Origin: Rhina ancylostomus
Taxonomy: Eukaryota
NCBI GenBank assembly: GCA_030265395.1
Contig: JARFYF010000036.1
Coordinates: forward strand, 11,497,270-11,561,269
Reading direction: 5' to 3'
DNA length: 64,000 nt
In this document: piece after piece, positions 1 through 12,349 of the stretch
How the letters are laid out: each line of letters begins with the position of its first letter
How positions within the stretch are numbered: the stretch's first letter is position 1
The notes under the pieces: generated by a model
What the model was told of the DNA's origin: nothing
The model's database searches: none
The model's input: the letters and a program-made list of their open reading frames with translations, nothing else
Program-made: the position numbers and the translations under genes

Positions 1-330
1 TATCTCCCCATTTTCTTTCTCTTTCCTTATCTGTCTCTACCTATCACCCAGAAACCTCTGTCTCTAGCTTCCATCCCTCTCCATTCCCCACCATGCTCCA
101 TCTGCCCATCATCTCCCTCCTTGCATGATTCTACTTGCCTGTCCCTGCCTCACCCCTCCCTCTCTCCTCTTTATACTCCCATCCAACTCTCAGTCCTGAT
201 ACAGGGTCTCGACCAAAAACATCAGCTATCCCTTTGCCTCCACAGATGCTGGTCGACCCGCTGTATTCCTCCACTGGTTTGTTCTTTGCCTCCAGATTCC
301 AGCATCTGTATGTAGTCCCTTGTATCTCCA
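1..330 (+). mobile_element. Penelope-like element terminal fragment
   Basis: A pyrimidine-rich tract followed by cagtcctgatacagggtctcgaccaaaaac...cacagatgctg...tccagattccagcatctg. The same terminal motif flanks the Penelope RT at ~34093-34196 (in reverse). Confidence 0.6.
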
Positions 331-1431
331 GAGGTCCAAGTATGTATTCTGTTTCATCCTGGAGAGAAAAAGGATGGAAGGATGAAGTAAGAAGGCAACA
401 TACTAAAAGCAATAAGTTTGCTTTTTCTGACATGTGGCTTGTCAATCAGTTTAAGAAAGAGGAAAGACCCAAATTTATATAGTGTCTTTCACATCCTTTC
501 CAGCATAGAATGAAGAGCCATAAAGCCAATGAAGCAGTTTTACATTAAGTAGGAAAGTAGTTGAGTTTAATACCCATATTAACAATGACTATTAATGAAG
601 ATTGATTATTTTTATTAGTTATCGAAAGTCATTTACAATGCAAACAAAGAATATTTGTATCATTTACAAAGAAAGAAACAGGAATAGGTCATTTCTCCTT
701 GGAGACGGTGTTGCCTTTCAATGAAATCACAGCTGATTCATGATTCAACTCCAGTTACTTGCCCTTTCCCATATCCCTTTGTTATGAAAAACCCACCAAT
801 CTCAGATTTCAAATAAATAATTGGTCTAAAACCAAGGCTATTTGGAGAGGATAAATTTGCCAGGCTTCGCATGTAGAAGGGTGTTAATAACTTGATTTTT
901 AAAAAAGTTTCTATGAAATGTTAGCTATATTCCCTGGTGCAAGATTCCCCAAACAGAGGAAATGGTTTATTTCTGTAGACTCTGTTAGTTTCCCTTAATG
1001 CCTTCGAAATTTAGATCAAGTTTCCCTGAACATCCTGTCCAGTACGGCTTTAGGTAACTGCTTGCAATTTAACTTTTAGGGTGCCAGTCATGTAAATTCA
1101 TACTGTAGTCCCTCCAAGACCAAAACTTTTTTAATGTTTGATACCCAGAATTGGAGTCTGAACTCTAGGTGTTAGTTAAGTGGGAATTTGCATGTAATTT
1201 CTATCCCTTAGTGCTCAAGCCCATTAAGCCGAATGGCATATTGGTTGGACGTGCCTTTCTTTCAAGAAATATTTGCTGTACTCTTACCAGTGCTAGGACT
1301 TTCCCATTTTTGAAACAATTTCTGCAAAATGTGAAGCTTNNNNNNNNNNNNNTTTCAATAAAGGATAGAGAGACTTATTATGGTTAATTTTTGATTCACT
1401 TAAAAATTCAGTAGCACTGTTTTAATCTTAG

Positions 1432-1927
1432 ACTTCGAATACCGGTTACTGAGCAGTTCAAAAGCGCAGAAGATTTAAGAAGGTGCCGGGATGAATGGAT
1501 TGATGCCATTGATAAGTGCTGTTTGCATTGGAAGAGATTATCTCAGTCACAGTTTTTTGCTGAGGATCCCTTGTATGAGGTTATTCCAGTTACACCATCC
1601 AGAAAGGAGTGTGCTGCACAACACGTATTAAAACAACAAGACTCATTTGAAAACCAAATCTTGGAGAAGGAAGAAGAGGAGAAAGAACAAAAACTGGTTG
1701 GAAAAAAAGGGGGGAGAGAAGGATTTGAACCTGCATCACCTATGAAATCCCCTTTGCAAACATTAGCTATTTCTCCTCTACCTCAGCATGTCCAAGCTGC
1801 ACCATTATCTCCTGTTCCACACCAGAGACCAATCATCCCTACACCACCTCCACTCCTGGCTAAGAAATCAAGTGATGTGGTGAGGAAGACAAAACCATTT
1901 CATTGGGAAAAAGTTGCCTCAGAAAGG
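1432..1927 (+). CDS. Formin (PHCF-like) coding exon A: end of PH-like domain, linker, weak FH1, start of FH2 lasso
   Basis: Acceptor ttttaatcttag|A at 1431/1432 and donor AGG|gtaggt at 1927/1928. Open frame LRIPVTEQFKSAEDLRRCRDEWIDAIDKCC (PH C-terminal helix pattern) ...EDPLYEVIP...PLSPVPHQRPIIPTPPPLLAKK...KTKPFHWEKVASER (FH2 lasso KPxHW). Starts in phase 2, so upstream exons lie outside the window. Confidence 0.9.
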
Positions 1928-2706
1928 GTAGGTACTTTTGGCAAGCTGTGTTACCTTTTATTCCATTACTGTTGCTTATACCACCAAGCAATAGCTCTGG
2001 CTACGGCTTGGAGGATTTTTTTTCCTAGTTTTACTCTCTGTAAAATCAAACCATGAAGAGATGATATCCAGGAATCACAGCTTTGAGTCTTAATCATTGT
2101 AATCAGGGTGTGAGTGAAGCTTCACTCACTTCTGCATTTATCATAGTCAAGCCAGTCAAACCTACCAGTGGCCCATCACACTAAATTTGCTACTCTTTCC
2201 TCCAATTTGGCTTATCGTATAATTACACAGGACGAGGCCATTTGGCCTATCAGTTCTGCGCCAGTGAGAAATCTCATCAGTCCTATTTCTCTTCCTCCCC
2301 CCCCCCCCATTTCCCAGATAGCTGATGTACATATGAAGATGGAATATGATATAGGAGGCTGTTTGNNNNNNNNNNNNNNNNNNNNNNNNNNNNNNNNNNN
2401 TTTTCTCCCACTTGTTTCCCTACCACCCTCATACCTACAAGTTCAGAAGATAGTGGCATAATTCTGGCTGTGAAACTCACAAATTTAAGGTAATGCTAAA
2501 AGATATGTGTCTGCACTTTTTGAAGGTTCAAAATACTGTGATAAGTACCAAGAGATTGCTAATGTGAGGAGTTTTTCTAGTTATAAAGACACTTTCATCA
2601 CAGCATTTTAGAATTCTGTTTCTATGCAGGGTATACTCTGAATTGTGAATACTCCCTGTGAACAAAAGACTGCAGCTTTGATTGTTGCAAATGCATTGAT
2701 ATGTAC

Positions 2707-2710
<4 letters not shown>

Positions 2711-2736
<26 letters not shown>
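2711..2736. repeat. (CA)n microsatellite
   Basis: 13 perfect CA units. Confidence 0.95.
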
Positions 2737-2737
<1 letters not shown>

Positions 2738-2966
2738 CACCTTCTTTAAAAAATGTGCTTTGATTTGATAGCAGAAAGTGAGCAGAAGTAATGGGAAAGC
2801 AAAGACTGCAGATATTGGAAAGGAAAATAAATAAAAATAGTGAAGGCTGGAGATGCTCAGCAGGTTGGGCAGCATCTGTGCAGAGAAATGGTGTTATCCT
2901 TTCAAGTGGACCAAATTTCAATTGGTTATTGTCCTTATTGAGAAAAGTGGTTTTCCTTTATTTCAG

Positions 2967-3129
2967 ATACCAAGATCTATTTGGGAACAGAGCCGTGCAG
3001 CTGAAATACAGTTACACTATCCAAGTCTCTTTGATCAGTTCTCTGCTCAAGAAATGGTGATACAGTCGGTCAATGAATTTTCCAGCAATCAGGTTATTCT
3101 TCTGAATCAAAAAGTCGCTCACAATTTCA
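2967..3129 (+). CDS. Formin FH2 exon B
   Basis: tttcctttatttcag|ATA...TTCA|gtaagt. Translates IPRSIWEQSRAAEIQLHYPSLFDQFSAQEMVIQSVNEFSSNQVILLNQKVAHNF, containing the lasso SIW and an LLDxKRxQN-like motif. Phase 0 to phase 1. Confidence 0.93.
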
Positions 3130-3477
3130 GTAAGTTTAGTGGTGCATCATTTACTAAACAATTCCTATATTTGTGATTTTATTTTTTGCATGATGAATCA
3201 AACAACTCCTCGGTGTATTTATTGCCGTGATGAAGTGCTGTTCGAACTATCATTTTCCTAAGCTGGATGGTGAAATTGGTCCATGTCAGTATCCTGAAAT
3301 ATGCTCAGTTATTGACTGCCTGTTTTATATTATGCCCAGTGAAACCTCTGAACCACCAGACTGCTGATTCATTAGGATCTTATTTCATGTTACTGATGTC
3401 TTTACCAAGTAACTTACCTTGGTAAATTGGTAATAGCACCTTTATGGTACAAAATGACCGTGTGATTAGGAATAGAA

Positions 3478-3985
3478 TGAGTGTGGCTGAGGCATTGGAG
3501 TGAGGGGCAGGGATTCAGATTTCTGGATCACTGGGGCCTCTTTTGGGGCAGGTACGACCTGTACAAAGAGGACGGGTTGCACTTGNNNNNNNNNNNNNNN
3601 NNNNNNNNNNNNNNNNNNNNNNNNNNNNNNNNNNNNNNNNNNNNNNNNNNNNNNNNNNNNNNNNNNNNNNNNNNNNNNNNNNNNNCCAGGGCTGAAATGG
3701 TGGCCACAAGAGGACATAGGTTTAAGGTGCTGGGGAGTAGATATAGAGGAGATGTCAGGGGTTAACTTTTTTTACTCAGAGTGGTGAGTGCGTGGAATGG
3801 GCTACCGGCATCGGTGGTGGAAGCGGATACAATAGGGTCTTTTAACAGAATTTTGGATAGATACACTGAGCTGAGAAAAATAGAGGGCTATGGGTAAACC
3901 TAGTAATTTCTAAGGTGGGGACATGTTCAGCACAGCTTTGTGGGCCGAAGGGCCTGAATTGTGCTGTAGGTTTTCTTTGTGTCTA
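3478..3985 (+). mobile_element. CR1 LINE, ORF1 fragment and 3' end joined across a gap
   Basis: WLRHWSEGQGFRFLDHWGLFWGRYDLYKEDGLHL (CR1 ORF1 esterase C-terminus), then 100 N, then TRGHRFKV...RGDVRG (ORF2 end) and the gggccgaagggcctg tail. Confidence 0.85.
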
Positions 3986-4029
3986 TGTCATTTTGAAGAG
4001 GGGCTGGGTTAGTGGGTGAAGCTTTCCAG

Positions 4030-4330
4030 CCGGCAGTGGGGTAATTGGAGGAGGGATGTATTGAACGCCTGGGCAGTGGATGTAAAAGTAGAGGAGATTG
4101 TTAGAGTTGAGAATGTGTAAGTATTTGAAGATGGGGATGAGGATTTTACAAGTAATGAGCCAGGAAACAAGGTTGCCATTGTAGGCAATAAATAATATCT
4201 CATTGTTACTACTCATGCTGTAATAAAGGCTTCTGGACTTACTAACTTTCCAAAATTTGAGGAGAAACAGGAAGGTTAATTTGTTGAAGATGGGATGCAG
4301 TGGGTGTTGAAGTTGTTGCCAGACGACAAG
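4030..4330 (-). mobile_element. Old L2-like LINE 3' fragment
   Basis: Minus-strand translation ...ITCKILIPIFKYLHIL...NLL resembles the C-terminal RIxFKILxLxFKxLH motif of L2 ORF2. Confidence 0.45.
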
Positions 4331-4994
4331 CAAGAAATGATAAGCTTTTCTTTATTGACTATTTCTTTCTCCTGTCTAATCCACTCTCACCTCTTCAGTG
4401 GGCAATTCACAAGTAATGTTATGGTCTACCTGGCTCCTAACAGCAATGAGCAACCACCAGTCTTTATTGTACAGTCAAGTTTGAAAAACTACACACACTA
4501 TGCGCTGGTCTAATTTATGAATAAGAAAATTAATTCGCATAAACGTGGAGGAGTTGGCCGGTGGAGAGCATATGTGCATGGGAGAAACTTATTTTTCAAT
4601 GGCCAACCAATACACCAAGACTAATATATGAAAGCATCAGAGATGATGTAGCTGCTGGAGTGAACACTGTGTGGTAAAGGACAAAAATAACAATTGCACT
4701 ATCAGAATTTAACATGTGGAGGTCGTATTTATCTATCAGGACTTTTCAAATCAATAAGTAAGAAGGCCATTAAAAGAAAAACACTTGTTTAAAATTTGTA
4801 ATGTGTGATATATTTTCTGTTCAGAAGATTGTATTAAACATTCATTAACTTTGTTTTATTCATGAAAAATACTAAATAAATCGGAGTCAATTTTTATGTT
4901 GGATATTTATAATTCCTGTAATTTCACACTATGTAAGTGTAGTAAACCAACTTGGGATGTCTTTCTGATTCCAGCAGGAGTGAACAGCAGTTGT

Positions 4995-5340
4995 ACAGAG
5001 GTATACAAAATATTAAGAGGAATAGATAGAGTGGACAGCCAGCGCCTCTTTCCCAGGGCGCCAATGCTGAATACAAGAGGGCATGGCTTTAATGTAATGG
5101 GTGGGAAGTTCAAGGGAGATGTCAGAGGGAGGTTTTTCACCCAGAGAGTGGTTGGTGCATGGAGTGCACTGCCTGGGGTAGTGGTAGAGTATGTTGGTCA
5201 AGTTCAAGAGATTGTTAGATAAGCATATGGAGGAATTTAAGATGGAGGGATATATGGGAGGAAGGGGTTAGATAGTCTTAGGTTTGGTTTGAAGGTCGGC
5301 ACAACATGGTGGGCCGAAGGGCCTGTATTGTTCTATGGAA
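4995..5340 (+). mobile_element. CR1 LINE 3' end
   Basis: EVYKILRGIDRVDSQRLFPR...TRGHGF...FKGDVRGRFFTQRVVGAWSALP, followed by the gggccgaagggcctg tail. Confidence 0.9.
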
Positions 5341-5655
5341 CTCCAAGAAGAGCAATATCAGCATATATTATCAAATCCAGAAGTAGATGAGAGAGTGGGG
5401 TGGGACAGATTAAGAATTGAGAAATTGCTTTGGCAATAGTGAACAATTGCAGAATTTAGCAGCTTTGACAATTAATACCAGAATTTTATTAGGTGATACA
5501 TTGAGTGGATGATGTAAGCCTTTGTCTAATAACAATCTAACATTTGTTGTCCATTTTTACATGTCACAGATCTTTGACTCATTCGGAGATCTGACTGAGC
5601 AGTGGGTGCACGACTTTGGGTGTACAAGCGAGTCATTGGGCATCTGCAAGCCAGA

Positions 5656-6030
5656 GCATAGAACATAGAACATAGAACACTACCTTCCCTTTGGCCCACG
5701 ATGTTGTGTCAACCTATATAAACCTACTCCACGATCAATCGAACCACTCCCTCCTACACAGCCCATAACCCTCCATTTTTCTTACATCCATGTGTCTATC
5801 TAAGAGTTTTTAAAAATGTTCTTGTTGTATTAGCCTCTACCATTATCCCCGTCAGTGCATTCTAGACACGCACCACTCTGTGTAGTTTTTTAAAAAAAAC
5901 TACCTCTGACATCTCTCCTGACCTTACCTCCACTTATTTTAAACAGATGTTCTCTGGTATTGGCCGTTGCGACCCTGGGATAAAGGTGCTGGCTGCCCAC
6001 TCTATCTATGCCAAGTGCTGGCTGTCCACG
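5656..6030 (-). mobile_element. CR1 LINE 3' end (reverse)
   Basis: (catagaa)n tail repeats, then the reverse complement of the CR1 3' region seen at 4995-5340. Confidence 0.8.
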
Positions 6031-6439
6031 CTATTTCAACATTATAAACAATGAAACCTGGCACATAACTAGCTGGCTTCTGCAATCTAAGCAAAGTGGT
6101 TGGCCTTGTTTATGTTGGTATCCAAGTGATTGAATTGATGTGATTCACAAAAATGGGATTGAGAAGCATTGTGAGTGGTAGGGAGCTGAAAAACAGGCAG
6201 CATGTATAGAGGCTGTATGGGTTTTAAAAACTGAAGGGGTGTCAAAAATTACTGTTTTGGTCGAACAAATCAAAATACATTAATGGATTCCATATGCTTG
6301 TCACTTTTGCCATATTTAACATCCATAAGTGAGACTTGAACCATGTTTAAGATGGAGAAGCTGGATATTTGCATATTTTTATGCTTATTCCACTTATGCA
6401 CTGGGCCACCCCAACATATTTTACTGGATGAGCAATCCA

Positions 6440-6635
6440 AAGGCAAAATACTGCAGATATGAGAAATCTGAAATTAAAAAAAACGGAAAATGTAGGGAAT
6501 ACTCCATGGTCAGACAGCATCAGTACAGATAGGAACAGTTAACATTTCAGGTCAATGACCTTTCAATAGAAAATTTAAGACATTTTTTTCTCCACAGATG
6601 CTGCCTGACCTGCTGAATATTTCTGTTTTTATTTT
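6440..6635. mobile_element. Short inverted-repeat element derived from Penelope termini
   Basis: Left arm ctgcagat...ggtcagacagcatc faces right arm gatgctgcctgacctgctga, with a decayed hammerhead-like core on the minus strand (ctattgaaaggtcattgacctgaaat). Confidence 0.55.
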
Positions 6636-8589
6636 AATAACCCAAAGAAATCTGGAAAAGTGAATTCAAATCCATCATGGAAGCTGGAAAATTTAAATTT
6701 GGCTAATTAAATAGACCTAGTTTACAATGCCAGTATCAGTAATATTGACTAGGAAGCTTCAAAGTTTTTACAACCTTATCACTACTTCCTTTTACAGAAG
6801 GAACACTGTTCTCGTTATAGTCTTGTAAGGTAATTTTCCCTTAGCTGCCCTTATGTGGCCAGAGTTGAGTCAATGGCATTCAAACAAGAGTACTATCAAG
6901 GAGACTGAAGAGAATTGAAATCATTACCAATTGTTTGAAAGACTCTGCACTCTCCAAAGTTAGCTATAGTGCAAAAGGAGGTGCTTATGGTGGTTGGAAA
7001 ATTGATCTCAGAATGTAGCTGCTGGCGCACTTACATTTGAACGTAACAACATATCATAAGAAGTAGAATCAGGAGTGGGTCCCTTGTGCCTGCTCTACCA
7101 TTCAATGAGATCATTGTGGATCATTTACTGCACAATCCCCATATTGCTCAATTCCTTTAATATACATAAAAAAATCAACCTGTTTCCTGAACTCATTGAC
7201 TGGGCCTCCACAGCCCTCTATGATGAAGAAATTTCTTCCTACCTTTGTCTTGAATGGCTCCTTATTCTAACACTGTATGACTCCAGCCTTGGGAGACATC
7301 ATATCTGTATTTATCCTACCAAGCCCCATAAGAATTTTATGTTTCATCATTTATTCTTTCCTCAATAAAGGCAGGCAGGTAGATTTTTGTTAATGACCAC
7401 ACAACATTCAGTTCCAAGTGAAGTTCCTGGAACAATGCATCAATCCCTGCCTACACATAACAAAACTCATTACATATAGGGTTAGGCTGATAGATGATAA
7501 ATAGCAGTTGTATAACACAATAGCCATCTTCAACACCAGGAAGCCTATCTTTCCTATGTTTTCTTGTTCTTCTCTTGTCATTCAATGGCATTAACATCAT
7601 CAAATATGCCACAATCACCATCCTAAGAGCCATCACTGACAACTGAACTTTAGCTTTTAGGCAGTTCAAGAGATGGGACATTCTGAGGAGAGGTAATTCA
7701 TTTTCTGACTTCTTAAAGTCATTCTCAAGAATCAAGGAATCCTTTTCACCTGTTTGAACAAGTACAACTCCAGTAAAATTGAAATGGCTCAATGCCATCC
7801 AGAACAAAGCAGGCTACTTAATTAACACCCCATCAACATTTACTTCCTTCTTCAATAATGTACCATGGCTGGTCATCTCTCCTTGGCCTTTTCATTTGTA
7901 CCTTCCAAAAACTGCAGTTTGTACTACTATTGAGCACCAAGGCAACAGATGCACAGGAACATTCGTGACTGGTAATTTGTCCTCCAGCTCACTGTCCTTT
8001 GGAAAGATATTGCCATTCCTACACTGTCACTGGGCTAAAATCCTGGAACTCTTTACTTATTGCGCTGCAGCAGGACCAATATTACAAGTACTTAAGTGGT
8101 TCAAGAAGGGTTCTCACACCATCCTTCAAGGGCAATTGGCAATGCACAATAAAAGCTGACCTCATCAGGGATGCCCGTAGCCTGTCAAAAATAAAAATCA
8201 TGTTAGATCACCTCATTGATTACATTGTGATTACATTTTAAAGTAATTTCACACATTAAATATGAAGCTGGCTCACAAGAGGAAATTCCACACCGAGATT
8301 TACTAAATATTAATGACTGTTCTTTGCTCATTTTTTTTAATACAAAGTATGAAACATTTCAACTTTTTCTGTATTTTTCCACCTTTGTTTTGAGTTTAGC
8401 ATAAATTAGGAAGGTTATTCCCATACCTTTGCTGATTCTGCTCTAACTCCTTAGTTATGGGACAGTAGCAATGGAACAAGATACCTATCTGATTGTCCCC
8501 CTTTGAGTGTTGAGAACTATTGTCCTAGTTCAGTGCCTTGGCCCAGCAATATGGATGATGGTGGTGGATGGGAACACTCCATCATCCCC

Positions 8590-8850
8590 ATTATCTTGTG
8601 CTTCAATTTGACAGTAAAAGGAGGGGTGTTCTCCATGTGTCCTGGTCAACATTCATCCCTCAGCCCCTGTATCATTGAACAGATTACCTGGTCACTATCA
8701 ATTTGCTTTCTATGGTACTTTGCTGGGTGGCAAAGGGCTGCCATATTTTCTATTTTACAATAATGATTGTACTTCAAAGTACTTAAATGGCTGTAAAGCT
8801 CCTTGAGTCCTCATGCTTGTGATGTATTAGTGCAAGTCTTTTCTCTTTAT
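8590..8850 (+). mobile_element. Deu-domain-type SINE 3' half (second copy at ~58560-58800)
   Basis: gtcctggtcaacattcatccctc...acagattacctggtcact...cttcaaagtacttaaatggctgtaaagc...tgcaagtctttt is shared with 58560-58800. It resembles the 3' structure of the SacSINE1/AmnSINE1 group as I recall it. Confidence 0.55.
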
Positions 8851-9799
8851 TTAAACCAGAACTCTAATATCTTGGTATCTGCTGCCTTTCATTTCTCCCT
8901 TGATTCTTCTTCAAGTTGTGATCACAAAATAGGTTTTAAAGATGAAAACAGTGGATCTAAAACTTGAGCAACAGGAGGATGAGAAGTTTAGGACATTGGG
9001 ACATACAATTAAAAAAAAGATTGTTTCTAATTATTGCTTTATGTTTTGGGTATGGATACTTTTTGTATCAAATGAATGATTTAATTCACTACGGTGGAAG
9101 AATAATAAATCTTGGCATCATCATTGATTTGTATCATGGCCATAGCACAGAAACAGGCCATTTAGCTCTATGCAAAATTCACTTGTGATTTGTGGTTTAG
9201 CTAATTGCTCTATTGCTCAGTTCAAGNNNNNNNNNNNNNNNNNNNNNNNNNNNNNNNNNNNNNNNNNNNNTGAATTACAAACTATAAAATGAGAAATCAT
9301 TGAAATTGAAAATAATGGTATGCTGAGGTTAAAATTAAAATCTAACCTAGACCATAATCAATATAAACCTGACCAGAGCCAAGGGACCTTTAATTTTGTT
9401 CAAACTTGACCATCACCGTTAGTACAATAATCTCAAATGTGCCATTGAAATATAGATTGCATGTTTCTGATTTCCAGTTAAAATGCACATTTAAACAAAA
9501 ATTGTATTTGCAATGAAGCTTTCTTGGAAGTTAGGTGAACATTTGACTCGGTTTCTACAGCAGTCCTTTACAGATATGTTGGGGTATCCCTCCTGAAGCA
9601 GCAAAGCAGCTCAACATCAAATATCACGCATTTTTAAATATTGTAAATCCTTTAGCCTCACTCAAAAACCTGGCAGTCACGTAGTCTCTTCTTGAGGTGT
9701 TCTAGGATATCATTGGGTATTTTTTAAAAGTCACTGGGGGGAAAAAAAAATAAAATAGAAAAGTTTTAAGTTATCCTATTTTGTGTGTATATAATAAAA

Positions 9800-11723
9800 G
9801 GAAGAGTTAATGGTGGAAGGCTTAAAGGTAGTGCCATGGAAGTCAATCATCATTCCAGCCATGCTGAAGTCCCTCTCATTGCTGCTGCTGTTGGCCAGAA
9901 TGCACATGCATCAAGCTGTGACACTTTGGGGTCTACAATTCAATGTTTCTTCCAGTAGTTTGAGAGGTCCTGTCCATCTTCCATTGCGATCTTAGGCTTC
10001 TGCATTGTTTATTGCTGCATGTCATCTTTGTCCTGCTCTTTGCGTTCATTTATCCAGTTCAGCAATGTCACTTAGTGCCTTCTTGGGGGCTGTTGGTACA
10101 TCACAGCCATGGTTGCTTGCTTTGAAAAGTCTGCTCCTTCAAGGTTGTTGATAAATCTGCTGCTTCAGAGTAGACATTTTCCCTGTCTTGGCTGGACAAC
10201 ATACAGAGCTGAGAAACATTGGTATCTTGCTCTTGGCATTTTCTTCGCAAGCCAGTCATTGTTTCTCAGCCTGATAACTGCTTATGTTGATGAATTAAAA
10301 GAAATTAGTCTACAGTGTTGTTGAAGTTTCTCAGCCATGGAATTACCGTCTTCCGTGTGGGATACTGGCCGCCATTGAATTCTCTCTGAGATTCATTCAA
10401 TGTTATAGGAAATATACCAAAAATAGCAGCATGGGGTCATGTTTTCCAGTCTTTTGCTTCTTTCAGTGTTTCTGTTCTTGTGCTGCTCATGATAAATCTC
10501 CTGAATTGAATTCAGTATCAGGTGCGCACTGCTGTATCTTATTTCTTGTATCTGAATTGCAGTTCTTGTCAGCTGTGCTGCAAGACTGGACTGTTTCATG
10601 GACTGGACCAAGGATTTTGCATCTTTTGTAGCATCCATAATATTTGGGGCTTCGGAATGTAATTCTGGTAGATAAAGCGCTAATCAAAGGATGGTATTAT
10701 GTATTCATTCTTGATGTTTCAGATATAAATATAGTCTAAGATCTAAGTTATCTATTAAACAGATTAATTTGTTTAAACTAATTGGATTAAATCCAAAAAT
10801 ATTTATAGGCAACTTTAAAATCTCACACCTGATGTTTTCTCCATTGTCTGCCTCTGCAGTTGCTGTTGTTAAAACTCTGCCCTTGAATTTATAGTCTGGC
10901 ATGATGGAGTGGCAAGTCATTGTCAAATAATGGATTTTTTTGTAGTCGTCCATCCAAATGTCAGTTGTCGTTTTCCCACTTACATCCATCAGTAATTCAT
11001 TAAACTGAGTAATCACCTTTTTCTCTTTGGCTGCACCAGGACTCTATCTTGATATTGTATTTGGTAAACGTGTTGCTTGCTGATGCTCACCATTAGCAAC
11101 CAGTTTAGTAAGCTCTTGTGCTAGCTCAAAAAGCCTTTCTCCAGAAACTGTTTGGAAGAGACAAAGATATAAACACCTTCTGATATTTCTATCTTCCTGT
11201 GAGTGTCATGGTTCTGAGTTCTGGTCCTCAATTTGGCTCCATTAATGCCTTGTTGTCCAGCACATGGATTCCATGNNNNNNNNNNNNNNNNNNNNNNNNN
11301 NNNNNNNNNNNNNNNNNNNNNNNNNNNNNNNNNNNNNNNNNNNNNNNNNNNNNNNNNNNNNNNNNNNNNNNNNNNATCCTGACTCCAGTCTTGTATCAGT
11401 GTGCCGCATTTGGGTTCTCTGTGAGTTTGCTCAGATCAACATTGTGACAGTGAGTGGCTGTGTTTTGCTTCGGTCTGTACAAGTGATGTCATGTACAACT
11501 GACTTGGCTGTACTGTAAGGTGAGTACATCTTCAATATGCCACTGCAAAGATGAATTACTTGTCTTTTTTGCTGTTGTGTTCCAGTTGAAGTTAATGAGA
11601 CTTAAATTGAACAAATTCACCTGAACTTTTACTATTGTAGAGAAAAGTACTGTTGAAATGTTTCCAAACAGCAGATTTATTGATTCCTGTTAATCTTTTC
11701 CCCACAGTTTTCTTGCTCTCCAT
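9800..11723 (-). mobile_element. Decayed hAT DNA transposon (Hermes/hobo-like transposase relic)
   Basis: Collinear minus-strand motifs: KSAVWKHFN (BED-finger start, ~11670), FQTVSGERLFELAQEL...LPNTISR*SPGAAKEKKVI, TTDIWMDDYKKIHYLTMTCH...NGENIR (first catalytic Asp), IRYSSAHLILNSI (RWNS-like) and CILANSSSNERDFSMAG (dimerization/catalytic Glu motif, ~9860-9905). Contains stops and frameshifts. Confidence 0.85.
11204..11449. mobile_element. Solo LTR, copy 1, inserted in the hAT relic
   Basis: TGTCA...TGACA termini and a 5-bp TSD GTGAG (11199-11203 and 11450-11454). Homologous to 59209-59510. Has an internal 100-N gap. Confidence 0.85.
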
Positions 11724-12349
11724 CTATGTCACATAATTCAGTATCCCAGTTTTGACTCTATTTTGCAAAGTAAACTGATGTGAACTCGGAGGCATCACTG
11801 CAAACTCCACACTTTGCTTATTTTACTTGGGATAATTCGAACTGCGCTATTCTACCATTTTGCACTCCTCATTGTATTTATTGGTAGTATTTATAATTAT
11901 CATGGATACTTTTTACTCTGTGAGCTTCATGCATACAAGGGATTTCATTGCACCCCGGTGTATATAACAATAAACTTATCTAATCTAACAAAACCAGAGA
12001 TAATTTTGGGAGGCATTTGCACACAGAAAGGTAGTAAAAAAGACTTGATAAACTTGTGCTGATGGTGTATTTATTTTTAAAGTACTGAACAGACTTGATC
12101 CAACCCAACCCAAATCTGAATGTATAATACCTAATTTACATCCAATCAGACCTGCATATAATATTATCTCTAGTCTTGTTGAGCTCAAATCAGGTAGCCA
12201 ATATTGCACAACAAAGATCAGAGCTAATCTTATCCGTTGGATGTTGAAAACTTTAGAAGCAGTTGATTAGGTTGCAAAATCATCACAGAAGGGAGAAAGT
12301 TGTAAGCTATTAGACTGAAAAAACAAAAGGAAAGCAAGATTTGTCAATT

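Noticed and set aside
1928-2056. ORF-track extension VGTFGKLCYLLF... of the 177-aa ORF
   Set aside because: It is read-through past the AGG|gtaggt donor. FH2 homology continues instead at 2967.
2291-2310. C-run translating as LPPPPP in the intron after exon A
   Set aside because: It lies in a reversed SINE/CR1-tail-like fragment, downstream of the start of FH2, and has no convincing splice sites, so it is not supported as an FH1 exon.
2790-2980. Exon B acceptor (tttatttcagatacc) resembling a Penelope terminal motif, next to a Penelope-terminus fragment
   Set aside because: The exon encodes conserved FH2 sequence, so the short similarity is most likely chance rather than exaptation.
3051-3062. 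Alternative donor ATG|gtgata in exon B
   Set aside because: It would drop the conserved ILLNQKVAHNF segment and give phase 0, incompatible with the phase-1 exon at 12720.
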